This document shows positions 35,008-46,531 of a stretch of 54,594 bases of DNA, piece after piece. Below the pieces are notes generated by a model that worked only from the letters and a program-made list of their open reading frames with translations, was not told the origin of the DNA and searched no databases. Position 1 is the stretch's first letter. Each line of letters starts with the position of its first letter. This DNA is from Macrostomum lignano (Eukaryota): positions 1-54,594 of the forward strand of contig NIVC01000999.1 in assembly GCA_002269645.1 (NCBI GenBank). Reading direction: 5' to 3'. The translations under genes and the position numbers were made by a program.

Positions 35008-37433
35008 GATCCCTTTTACTTGTGAGGCTGGAAAGTTTTTCTTGGAAATTTCGGCAACCAGACTCTATTGGAAAGCCTAAAATACCTTTCTTTAATTTTG
35101 GCACTATGTTTCTCCGGTTGTCAAAACAGCTAAACTTGAATTTAGCCAAACAAAGCTATGTGGAAGATGAGCATATCTTTAAGAACTTTGTTCTGTTTAA
35201 ACTAACTGTGCTCAAACTACTGCCTTCTTCGAGCTGTGAGAACTGGCACTATAGCTAGCCTAATGTAGGTGCTTCAAATGGCAAAGGTGCTGAGAGTGAA
35301 GCAAATATAAAACTACTGTTATGTTTGCTCAAACGACACCGTCATGGCGACTACTTCTCAAATAGAAGCTGTTAGCACTTGCAGACTTTCCCGGGAAACG
35401 CTTTATGTATACCTTTTTTCAACTTCGAGTTCATCAAAAGGGACTTAAAAATTTAACTAATTGAGTAAAATTCGTTAACACAGACCCTCAGACAATTTTT
35501 TGAAACACCGATTACTGGTAAAAATCTGCAAACCGGTGGTTTTCTTTTAGTCGAATTTCACGAACCACCGGTTGATTTAGCAATTTTCTACCCATCTCTT
35601 GCGCATTAGCAATAAGAGTCCTGGTTGTGCTACAGTAGAGGTGTTTCAATTTATAGACTCGAGGTGCTCGGGAAAGTTTGCACAGAAATTTCTAGAATGC
35701 ATTTTTCTTGGAGTTGCTTCTATCGTCGCGACACCTCCCGACCAAGCTGTGACCATTCGTACACACGGTTTCCGTTGTCTCTCAGAGTGTCCGGCTTGGA
35801 GGCGCTGGCTGGAGTTTCGGATGCACAACGGTCGACGACACGTTGACTTACTGAATGGACAGCGCTGTCCTCCACCGATGATTGGCGCTATTGAAGCTGG
35901 TCGTAGTGCCGCCACCAGGTTTGGGAACTACCTTCATTGACGCTGCGTCTACCATGTCGTTTTGTAACTGCAGTCGGCACCCAGCAGCCCTCGTTCTCCC
36001 GGTGCGGTCCATAGTACTCGTAGCGGGCGTAGGCTGGATCTCAGACGTCAGACTCCGCTGGACTTGAGCGACCTCTTGCCGAATCCTGGGGGTCTTTAGC
36101 GAGATGTGCAGGTGAGAGCTTGTCGGATGTAAGCACGGTTACTGTGAGTAGGCGTCGGTGAGGAACAAACAGTTGATACACAGGAAAGCGACTGCATGGT
36201 ACAAGTGTAGGCTTCTCAGGTATCATCCACGGGTGAAAAGCAGCCTTTGGCGGATGATTCTGATAATCTGCGCAGCTGTGACATCGATGTTGCTGTCAAT
36301 ATTTGGCCAGTGGATTGCGCATCGCGCCAGCTGACTTCATTTTGCATGCCGAAGTGTCCGAAATTTTAGTTTAGGATCTTACAAGTTTTATTGGCAGTGC
36401 GGCCGCTTTTTCGACAAGGTTCAGGAAGGGTGAGTAAGGTGGAAGGAATCTGTGAGTGTGGCAGTCGTTTATCTCTGTAGCATTCAGATGAGCACGGGTG
36501 CCATCAGAGAGAAGCATGAAGTTTCCTTCTACCAGCTGGTCGACTTTCGAGAGAAAATCAATGAAATGCTTGTTTCTGAAGCATCTTTAAGCAGCGTATA
36601 GTGCAGATGGTAAAATTTTAGCCTCGCTGAACATTCACCACCGTCGCTGCTGGTATCCCTATGGGAGCACGACCCTGAGTTCTAGCCATCCAAGAGTTCA
36701 TGCTGAACTCGTCTACGAACAGAAAATGTTTTGGCTACCCTCGTCAGCTGCTGCAGTCAGAGACCGATGTTGAAGTCATCATTGTTGGCTTAAAACAGGT
36801 GCCATCTCATCTGCTCCAGCCTAGTGGTAAGATAGTCACTGGCAAATTCTATCAGCCTCTTCCGCACAGCTTCGGTGAGTCACAGTTGCCTTCACTCCTC
36901 CCTTCCGTAGGGTGTGCGTGCTTCTGGTCTCTTCGCACGTGGACACGACGTTTCGGACCGACAGTTTTGCGAAATTTGCGTGGCGCTGAAGTCTATACAT
37001 ACTTGTGTGGCTGGGTTTTTGTCAAAAAACATGGTAGACTAGCTTAAGGCCAGTAGGACCACCAAGAAACATGGTCGCCCATCAGTATTAGAGCCTTGTG
37101 CACTTCTTATGCATTTAGAGGTTTATTCAGACTGATTTATGATATTTCGTATACTACGAGTAATAAAATATGTGCAGTATATGTAGCCAAATGTGCTGTA
37201 TAAAATAAATACAACAACGAATCATTGATATTGACCGATAGCAAGTTTATGAATGCATAATTATCCGAATAAAAAGCTCAGTAGCGGTTTTTTATTTCTA
37301 GATTTTATTGAGTCAACGAATTGAAAAAAGTATTTTGCTTCGTGTTAAAAATAGTCGAACCTCAAAAAAGAATTTTGTCATTAGTTGTCATGAACTCTAC
37401 CCATGAATTACTCTTGAATAATAAATTAAAAAA

Positions 37434-38522
37434 TTATTTTGTGCCAGTGGTAGCCGTCTTCTGATCCACCGGCTTCCAGCATTTTACCGTTTCCAATAGA
37501 AGCCGACGGAACCTGGCATTCTTCCACACCAGCAGGATCCAGTTGGTGGACTGGCCAATTATGATCATTGATATGCCGATGTCGTGAATTCCCCACAACA
37601 CGGTGCCTATTTCTGATTCGTATTCGCCAAATAGCAGAGATAGAACGTACTCGCTGGTTCGGGCAAAGAAGGTCAGCGAGGCAGACAGAAGCAGACAGGC
37701 CGACAGAGCGAGGCAGATCACTGTGTTTACTAGCCCGTCATCAGATTCCTTAGCAGAGCCCAGCCTCTTTCTATTGGCGGTGATCTCTCGTACCTTGTGA
37801 ATCAGGAAGCAGTTCTCAATGAAAATAACCGTCAGTAAAAGGGCCGGTGGGTAGTAAAGCAAAGCCGAATAGTAGTACAGAACGGTGTGTTGCCATGGTA
37901 ACATCTCGAGCATGCTGTAGTAACAGACTATGTAGCTCTCATAAATTATCCAGTGAAAGATAAAGGCGATGGGAAGGGTGACAACCATACAGGCCAGGAT
38001 CACTAATAACCCGGCCTTCATCGCAGCCTTTCCGCTGATGCTCTGAAATTTGAACGGAAAGTACAGGCTTAGAGTCCTGTCAGTAACCATTAGCAGAAAC
38101 ACTGCAGTCGATGTTAGGTGGCACAGGTGCTCAAAATATTTAGCAAATCTACACTGCACGTCTCCGTCGTTAAGATGTACATAACCGACGGATCCGTTGG
38201 TTAACCATGGCAAGCCCTTGGCCAAGAACATCCACATGAAGCCGTTCACGATGATGTTGCAGCTGTCTGTGACCGCAATTATGCTGATGTACACATTCTG
38301 TCGAGTCCACGACTGTTTGACCAGGTTGATGTACACTATGAGAGCGTTGAACACGAGACCAGAGACAATGAAAACAGGCAGAATGAGCCCCGTGATGGCG
38401 CCAAGGACGGTGTTGACAGTGCAAGTCGCCGTTCGGTTTGGGTCCCCACTTTGACAATCCAACACTATATAGTCGACAGAGTCCACAAAAATATAGTTGA
38501 CAGCGCTTGACGCGTTACTCAT
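37434..38522 (-). CDS. Intronless class A (rhodopsin-like) orphan GPCR, 362 aa, peptide-receptor/flatworm PROF1-like
   Basis: Seven hydrophobic segments; TM1 GLVFN, TM2 IAVTD, Cys at VQCRF, DRY as DRT...P, TM4 TLP, TM7 STNWIL followed by ARFR; ATG at 38522 (MSNASS, N-glycosylation sequon). Confidence 0.93.
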   Translation of the reverse strand: MSNASSAVNYIFVDSVDYIVLDCQSGDPNRTATCTVNTVLGAITGLILPVFIVSGLVFNALIVYINLVKQSWTRQNVYISIIAVTDSCNIIVNGFMWMFLAKGLPWLTNGSVGYVHLNDGDVQCRFAKYFEHLCHLTSTAVFLLMVTDRTLSLYFPFKFQSISGKAAMKAGLLVILACMVVTLPIAFIFHWIIYESYIVCYYSMLEMLPWQHTVLYYYSALLYYPPALLLTVIFIENCFLIHKVREITANRKRLGSAKESDDGLVNTVICLALSACLLLSASLTFFARTSEYVLSLLFGEYESEIGTVLWGIHDIGISMIIIGQSTNWILLVWKNARFRRLLLETVKCWKPVDQKTATTGTK

Positions 38523-38712
38523 GACTACTTTGAGCAAGGATTAACAGAACTTGCGACAGTTTCGCTCATCGGAAAATAAGATAGTAATAGTCTTCAACTT
38601 GAAGCTCTAGTTGGTAGTCTGCTTATCCAGCACTCGGCCCTGCGATTGAGAACGTCAGTTTTATGGGTTTAAATAGGTTTATATGGGTTTTTTCATCGCC
38701 CCGAGCAGTAGC

Positions 38713-38832
38713 CCCGCCCAATTTTTGCGTGTCAATGGTGGTGCGTGCAACACTGGGCGATTTCCATTTGCGGCTTTTTGTTTTACATGTTCAACTCAAC
38801 AGTCTTAACTCTACAAAAGCTGAGTGGTTCGA
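38713..38832. promoter_or_regulatory. Conserved upstream non-coding block of GPCR copy 1 (includes GC box CCGCCC)
   Basis: Aligns by eye with 54183-54301 upstream of GPCR copy 2. Confidence 0.55.
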
Positions 38833-39779
38833 TGCTTTTAGCGGAAATTAACGAAATTGGATGGCTCTCAAAGCATTTTACCGAATTCAGCTTCTGAGAT
38901 AACTGAAGGGACAAAAGATGACTTAAATCGACGCCACCATACACCATTTTGACCGCGCCCTGCATTAACATTTCGATTGAGACATCAAGCTTTGAAATAG
39001 AGCTGTGCAGTCACGTGAAAGCGCTCTCCATCAAACAACCAACTTCAGAACTCAATTTCTGCTATCTCCAGGGCTGTGTGCTGCAGGAAGAAGGAGTTTG
39101 TTGTTTCAATGCATCATTGGGTCAATCGATGTCCCAGCTAAGCGTCTTGTAACGTACAGTCCGGTGGGTCGATGCCAACCGGAGAGGCGGCTCAACGGCC
39201 TGGTGCTACCCACACTGTACTCGTACATGCAGTAAGCACGAGAAGCTCTGAAGACGTGCCAGATGACGTCAAGGCTGCAATCAATAATTAAAAGATAATG
39301 TACACGGAAGTGCAGTTTCGCTTTCAGAATGCATTTCAAGGAACGTCTGTCAGTTGTTTTCCTTGGAATGGTAGTGCTGAAAAATGCAGTTATTTCTGTC
39401 TAATATACAATACAATGCACATTTTTATCAAGCTATTTGTTCCATTTGTTCATGGACTGCTACCAGAAACCGGCAAGTAGGCAAAGTTCTGGCGAAAGTT
39501 CGTAAGCTGTTCTTGATGCTTAATGTGACTTTTCCAGACTGATTCTTTTCGAGCGAATTTGTCTATGGCGAAACCTCATTCATCTAGTCAGCTGCTCTCG
39601 TCTCTGTTTATTCTGCATGCTTTCTGTCACTCTCTGTCTAGTTCAGTCCTGTCTGGCCTTACAGCTTTTAAATGAATAGCGAAATAATACAAAACTGTCG
39701 ACATGAACGAGTAGCTAGCGAATTCAATCAGAACATACAAAGCTAGTTTGAACTGGAATTTACGAGACACCGGAGACCA

Positions 39780-39990
39780 GACGGTAGAGAACTCTACAAA
39801 ATCCCTTTTACAGCAGCTTCAAATGGCACTACTCAAACAAAAACTAATGTACTATGTAGAAATTTCCAATCCAGAATCAAAACGCACCCTTCCATAGATA
39901 AGAATAGCAAACCATAAACTGGCCTGCGAAGCAATGAGGACTGCGAGACCAGAGATCCCTTACGAAAATGGGACCTGCCCAAAGTGAATT
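39780..39990 (+). mobile_element. Degenerate 3' fragment of a CR1/L2-type LINE ORF2
   Basis: YYVEISNPESKRTLP*IRIANHKLACEAMRTARPEIPYENGTCPK* resembles the RIxxHxLxxExGR...IPxExRxCxxC C-terminal motif; in-frame stops. Confidence 0.45.
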
Positions 39991-40398
39991 TCACTTCCTG
40001 TTAAAGTGCTAGTTGGAACTTCAATTGTGCTCCCCAGATAAATTTGAACAGGATAGCTAGGATAAATTTTTGAATTTAAAAAGCTTACTGCAGAGGATAA
40101 TGTATTTTACCTAATGACTCATTATTACCTAATTACCTAAGAGACATAATGGGAATTCTAGCAAAATTCATCAAAGACACGACACAAGCAAGAGTTCAAC
40201 TGCCCTGAAGCTTTATATTGGTACAGACAACTCTGTTTGCGTGGAAATTTTTAAAAATCCTGTTACGTAGAAAGAAAATATTAAAAATGCAAAAATCGGT
40301 ACCCTCTTGGTGTGCGCATTCAATAGTAAGATGAATAATAATAAAAAATTAATGATAATAATTATATTCTTATCTCTCTCGATCCCTCCCTCCCTTTT

Positions 40399-40625
40399 GA
40401 TTGGCTCTTCAATCTCACCTCTCCCCTCAGTCGCGCACTCCACCCCACCTTTTTAGCTCGTATTTCATTCCCTTACTGCCTTCTGATTGGCTCTTCAATC
40501 TCGCCTCTTTCCTCAGTCGCGCACTCCACCCCTCCTTTTTTAGCTCGTATTTCTTTCCCTTACTGCCTTCTGATTGGCTCTTCAATCTCGCCTCTCCCCT
40601 CAGTGGCGCACGTCACCCCTCTTTC
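40399..40625. repeat. 86-87-bp pyrimidine-rich tandem repeat, ~2.7 units, each starting GATTGG (inverted CCAAT)
   Basis: GATTGGCTCTTCAATCTC at 40399, 40485 and 40572. Confidence 0.85.
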
Positions 40626-41183
40626 TTTTCTGCACTCAAGCCCCCTAATAACTGAGTGTGTTGTGTTGGGCTCTGCGCCCCACTCACAACTGCCATCAAA
40701 TGAGCCATCAAATCACACGTCCAATTTACAAAGGAACCAAATTTGGTGCAGTATAATTTGATGTGATCACACAATATCTGGCCTTCTTTCATGGCGGTGT
40801 AAACGAGGCTTTACTGTTTTTTATTTCCAATAGTTTAATGGTATAATATATTTCTCTAGAGTCTACTAGCCATAGTGACGCTCGTATAAGTTTACAACCC
40901 CAGGTTCTATCGTTCTAATGATCGCCATGGCCAAGGAGTGGGCGACTGAGATTCGCACAGGAAATCACCCTTTGCTACTTCTGGGAAGCAGAGAGGGCAA
41001 CAGCTGCTGCATATTGCTAGCATAGCACAGGCCTGACTTTTCTTGTTTAATTTATACTGCTAAGAGGTTTCTGCTGCGCCCTCTTGCTTCTTAACATTTC
41101 CCGTTTCTTCCAATTTTTCTTGAGCTTTCACTCAAGAAACCTGTTGGTTTCTTTGTCTCCACTCGACGAAGAAATCCGGCGTG

Positions 41184-41330
41184 ATGGCCTCGCCAGCTCG
41201 AGTGAGCGCTCACAGGGCCCAGATACAGCAGGTGGTGTCCTACATCACCCTAAACAATGTCACCATCGACGGCGGCGCGGGTACAATGAGATCCAACGAG
41301 ATTAACTTGAAGCTGCCACAGCAACCTTAT

Positions 41331-41361
<31 letters not shown>

Positions 41362-42621
41362 TGTTGAGCATCTCTACGGGAGCTCCACCTGTGTTGGGTT
41401 TCAATAGGTCCGATTCGAATGCAACAGGATACGTGACTGCTAGTGAGTATTGTCTTTGCTTGCTGTAGCTGAATACCTGTTAGACACACAGGAGATTCTA
41501 CATGCTGATAGACTGACTGTCTACCTGTTAGACACACAGGCGATTCTATATGCTGTTAGACTGACTGTCTACCTGTTAGACACACAGGTGATTCTACAGG
41601 CTGTTAGATGGGCTGTTTACCTGTTAGACCCACAGGTGATTCTACATGCTGTTAGACTGGCTTTCTACCTGTTAGACACACAGGTGATTCTACATGCTGT
41701 TAGATTGGCTGTCTACCTGTTAGACCCACAGGTGATTCTACATGCTGTTAGATTGGCTGTTTACCTGTTAGACCCACAGGTGATTCTACAGGCTGTTAGA
41801 TTGGCTGTTTACCTGTTAGACACACAGGTGATTCTACATGCTGATAGACTGGCTGTCTACCTGTTAGACCCACAGGTGATTCTACATGCTGTTAGATTGG
41901 CTGTTTACCTGTTAGACCCACAGGTGATTCTACAGGCTGTTAGATTGGCTGTCTACCTGTTAGACACACAGGTGATTCTACATGCTGTTAGATTGGCTGT
42001 TTACCTGTTAGACCCACAGGTGATTCTACATGCTGTTAGACTAGCTTTCTACCTGTTAGACACACAGGTGATTCTACATGCTGATAGACTGGCTGTCTAC
42101 CTGTTAGACACACAGGCGATTCTACGTGCTGTTAGACTGGCTTTCTACCTGTTAGACACACAGGTGATTCTACGTGCTGTCAGACTGACTGCCTACCTGT
42201 TAGACACACAGGTGATTCTACGTGCTGTTAGATTGTCTGTCTACCTGTTAGACACACAGGCGATTCTACAGGCTGTTAGATTGGCTGCCTACCTGTTAGA
42301 CACACAGGCGATTCTACATGCTGTTAGATTGGCTGCCTACGCACAACCTACCTGCACCCCCGTGCCAGCGATCCCTTCAAACCGAACTCAGCTTCCCGAT
42401 AACTTCTTAACTCCCACGCAGGCAGCAGTCAGCTGAGCAATGACTTGATGTACCTGTGGCTTGGTGTGTTCCTGGCTATCCCGCTGCTGCTTGGCCTGCT
42501 GCTCTTCTGCCTGTGCGTCAATCGGAAAGATGACGAGGCGAATAAATCGTTGATTGACAGGGACAGCGAGAGCGGCTTGAGCAGCGAGGTTGAGAAGTCG
42601 AATGATCCAATCAACGAGTAG
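41184..42621 (+). CDS. Uncharacterised poly-Q single-pass membrane protein, exons 41184-41442 and 42422-42621 (~152 aa; may lack upstream exons)
   Basis: GCT A|gtgagt...cacgcag|GC phase-1 join gives GYVTASSSQLSNDLMYLWLGVFLAIPLLLGLLLFCLCVNRK...PINE*; N-glycosylation sequons NVT, NRS and NAT precede the TM. Confidence 0.65.
41470..42340. repeat. 48-bp minisatellite filling the intron of the poly-Q TM gene
   Basis: CTACCTGTTAGACACACAGGTGATTCTACATGCTGTTAGATTGGCTGT x ~18; source of the 328-aa spurious ORF. Confidence 0.97.
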
Positions 42622-42687
42622 TGTGTCAGATACGTCCCACGACTGCTTACTGATTATTTATTCAGTCTAAATGAAGGTATATAAAAA

Positions 42688-42855
42688 TGTAGAAATCTGT
42701 CAGATACCCAGGTAGAAATCTGTGAGATACCCAGGTAGAAATCTGTGAGATACCCAGGTAGAAATCTGTGAGATACCCAGGTAGAAATCTGTGCGACACC
42801 CAGGTATAAACCTGTGAGATATCCAGGTAAAATATGTGGGACACCCAAGTAAAAT
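42688..42855. repeat. 23-bp minisatellite (GTAGAAATCTGTGAGATACCCAG), ~7 units
   Basis: Period 23 (42711 to 42734). Confidence 0.92.
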
Positions 42856-43721
42856 AACAAAATCCAAGGTAAAAACCGTGAGATACTCAAAGTAAGAAAT
42901 GATGCAGATTATGAAAACAAAAAATTATAGTTTTCTATTCCTAGAAACAACTGACCCAATGCTATTTTTCTTAATCATTAATTCTCATTGCTACATTTTT
43001 CTTCCAAAGGTTATAGATGTATCTCAACTTTGTTTTAATACGCTGAATTTAATTTTTTGCTTGACATTAATTTATCTAAAACTGAAGATTTTCAATCATT
43101 TCTATTGACTATTGTATGCTGCGCCACTTGTACAATTCATGTACATGTTGCATACTCGTACAAGGTACAACTCTGGTTTTGGTATAACATCTGCCGTCTG
43201 TGCTTATTATAAGCTTAATTTGATGTGCTCATTTCAATGCTATTGTTTATCATGATTATAAAAATACGGCTACATGTAATTATAATTGAGAATACGAATA
43301 TATACTGCAGGTTCGCACCACACACCGCATCTATTACAAAAAACCTGATTAATAATGGACACTCAAACAGAAGCGTCGACTTTCTTTTGCTGGAGAAGCG
43401 CTGTCCTCGAGCCTCGTCTGGAGATCACAGTTCTGACTCGTACTGGACTGTCCTCTGATGGACAGTTAAATTATATCGCTACACTCGTTTTCCTTAGAAA
43501 TGAGCTGGTCAAAAAACAACCAGTCTAGTAAAAGACACACTACAGAGATCGTAAAGACACTACAGAAAGAATTAAGATTTGCGCAACCTACTTGTTGTGA
43601 ACTTAAATTTTCAAAAAATTATCAATTCTCTTCATTATCAGATGGATAGTCTAGGTTGCTAATTGATGAAAAATCAAAAGCATTTCATGAAGCAGTCTTC
43701 ATGCGGAGAGAAAATGATGGC

Positions 43722-44094
43722 CATGGATGAATGAATAGAATGGATTGCTATTCTGGCTCTGGCTATTTTCGTTTTTGACTCTTTTGCATCCAGTTCCCCC
43801 CCGTGCCTTTTCATTGGTTGATGATTGCCATAGACAATTTTCGGCCTTTGCCCCTTTCTTTCGATGCACAAGCGCTTTCTTGTTAGTAAATAGAAGTTAC
43901 TTGTGTTGAAATTGAACTTTGTTGAAATTCTCAGTTCTTTGCGCTTGTGCATCGAAAGAAAGGGGCGAAGGCCGAAAATTGTCTATGGCAATCATCAACC
44001 AATGAAAAGGCACGGGGGGAAACCGGATGCAAAAGAGTCAAAAACGAAAATAGCCAGAGCCAGAATAGCAATCCATTCTATTCATTCATCCATG
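43722..44094. mobile_element. Foldback MITE: 154-bp TIRs, 65-bp spacer, 8-bp TSD ATGATGGC
   Basis: Arms 43722-43875 and 43941-44094 are near-perfect reverse complements (CATGG...CCATG); ATGATGGC at 43714-43721 and 44095-44102. Confidence 0.92.
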
Positions 44095-44774
44095 ATGATG
44101 GCTAGCTGCTCGTGTCACACGCGAGCAACTTTGCCGCTTTCAATTCCTATATCTATGGCCAAGCTTGGCAGTGGAGCAAAATTCTCAGGCACAACACCCT
44201 CCTTGTGTGCCGGGGTGCATCTGCACTGCTTTACCATCTTGGGCTTGCAGTCCGTGCGCCAGTCACTGCACTTTCCCCCTTCAGTTGTTTACGCGCCACC
44301 CACCCCACTGCCTGTCTGGGCCAGCCGGCTTTGGCTGGCTGCCCACCCCTCCCAGCGCGTCCCCTGCCTGTGACCACCCCACAGCCCGCGATTGGCTGGT
44401 GGCCTTCCCCATGCTAGTATTTTTTCTTGCGGCGATGGGAACTACAACCCCATCGCGATCTTGCAAGCAAAAGTGTTGTTTTGGCTAGCTGGAACTGGGG
44501 AAGCGATACCCCAGGGCTTAGCCGGCTAGCACAAATACTAGTATATATGTTGGCGTGTGCGGCGGCATGGGAAGTCACCTCCGTACCGACCTAGGCTCAG
44601 CGTACTATTGTCTTATTGAACCAGTGAAAATCAGTCTGTACTTCAAGACGTTCTCCTCTACCAGAGTGGAGATACCTCCCCTACCGCCGTTACTGCCACT
44701 GCTGTATTGAAGTTCAAAGAGTGAGTCGCGTGTCTTATTTATTTGCGGGCCTGGCCAGGTTTGTGACCAAGTCT

Positions 44775-45606
44775 CTAGACGCGATCCCACGCTCGGAGTC
44801 CGAAGTCAGTCCGGCCAGCTGACTGACTACGTGTTTGTCCGCTGGAAGAGCTAGAGTTACGATCCGGCCTATCACAACGCTTGCGATTGTACTTGAGGTA
44901 GCCAAGGACGTCAGTCAGGAGACCATCAGTGCTTTCAGCAGCCGCCGGGAGTTCTTCCTTGATCAGCTTTTGCAGGATGATCGAGCTGGCCGCGATCCGC
45001 TGACCAGCAGAGATACTGGACAGCTTCGGCTCCTGCTTTCTGAATATGAAAGAACCATTCTCAATTGAGGCCATCAACTGCTCCTGACTGGCTGAGCTGG
45101 GTCCTCTGGCTAGTTTGATGTGGTCTCTGATCAGATGCAACTTGCGAGTCGGAGCCTGGCAATTAGCGGCCTGAATCTGAGCCGCCTCCCTCATCCCAGA
45201 TTCAAGAACCTCGGGCAACTGCAGACCGGCATGCACGATTTGCTCACCTGATGATGATGCTGGCTAAGGCTGAGCCGTCAAGCGCTGCTGAGTGTGAAGC
45301 TGTTGCTGAAGATCCCGACGACGGCCTTCCAGGACTTGCAGTTCGAGCAGCTCCACTTCCTGTCGCAGCGCCGCAAGCCGGTCGCTCTCCTCCTCAGGAG
45401 GACAATGGCCCGCGCTGCCGTCCTCGGCGTCCGGAGCAGAAGAAGTCATCTCGGAGTTGTTGATCTCTTCGTCAGCTTGCTCTAAAACGAGTGCAGTGGA
45501 CAAACGCTTGGCGAGCTGTTCTTTGCGGCCCGTAGTAGGCAGGCCTCTGTATCGCAGCTCAGCCTTGAGTTGGAGCACGTTGAGTCGCTTTGGGCTGGCA
45601 CTCATG
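44775..45606 (-). pseudogene. SAP-domain gag/ORF1-like reading frame with one in-frame stop; probable DIRS/Ngaro-type retroelement remnant
   Basis: SAP motif LNVLQLKAELRYRGLPTTGRKEQLAKRL; coiled coil; TAG at 45264-45266 then same frame continues (KLHLIRDH...PKLSSISAGQRIAASSIILQKLI...YLKY); no RT or recombinase seen. Confidence 0.55.
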
Positions 45607-46531
45607 ATGGCGGCTGAGCAAAAATTGAAAAATGGCGGCGGAGACAAGACTGGCCGAGTGAAGGGGCTTTAAGCTAGATGGCGCGGCCAACAACCCACAC
45701 TTTAACCTCCACCAGAGTACAGCGGCACCCCCCCCCCCCAGCGCGTCTAAACCACCTTATTCAGAGGGTAACGATTGCTATAATTATCCGAATAAAAAGC
45801 GTATCTTGGATCAAAAAAGTTTTTTTTGATGTAATATAACTTTTATTTCTTGATCAGTTTTTCGAGTTGAAAACAGTCGAAGTTCTAAAGTTCTAGAAGT
45901 ACTAGAACAAAAATAATAGTTTTGCTTGCTGTCATGCAATTTATCTCTTCTAGCTAGTGCTAATTTGTCTCACTTTAATTAAATCCAAATTTAACTTGTG
46001 GCTGTGGTAGCCATCTTCTCATCCACCGGCTTCCAGTACTTTTCCGTTTCCAATCTTGGCATTCTTCCACACCAGCAGGATCCAGTTGGTGGACTGGCCA
46101 ATTATGTTGGTCGAGATGCCGATGTCGTGAACTCCCCACAACACGGTGGCCCTGTTATAATCGATTCCGCCAAAAAGCAGCGTTAGAACGTACTCGCTGG
46201 TTCGGGCAAAGAAAGTCAGCGAGGCAGACAGAAGCAGACAGGCCGACAGAGCGAGGCAGATCACTGTGTTTACTAGCCCGTCATCAGATTCCTTAGCAGA
46301 GCCCAGCCTCTTTCTATTGGCGGTGATCTCTCGTACCTTGTAAATCAGGAAGCAGTTCTCAATGAAAATAATCGCCAGTAAAAGGGCCGGTGGGTAGTAA
46401 AGCAAAGCCGAATAGTAGTATAGAACGGTTTGTTGCCATGGTAACATTTCGTGGAAGCTGAAGTAGCAGACTACGTAGATATAAAAAATGAAGGCGATGG
46501 GAAGGGTGACAACCAAGCAGGCCAGGATCAC

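Noticed and set aside
35599-37047. Several 60-115-aa ORFs and coding-looking GC-rich patches upstream of the cadherin
   Set aside because: No recognisable motif or consistent splice model; may be decayed coding or repeat sequence
41450-42436. 328-aa hydrophobic 16-aa-repeat protein
   Set aside because: It coincides with the 48-bp array inside a GT-AG intron whose removal gives a coherent TM protein
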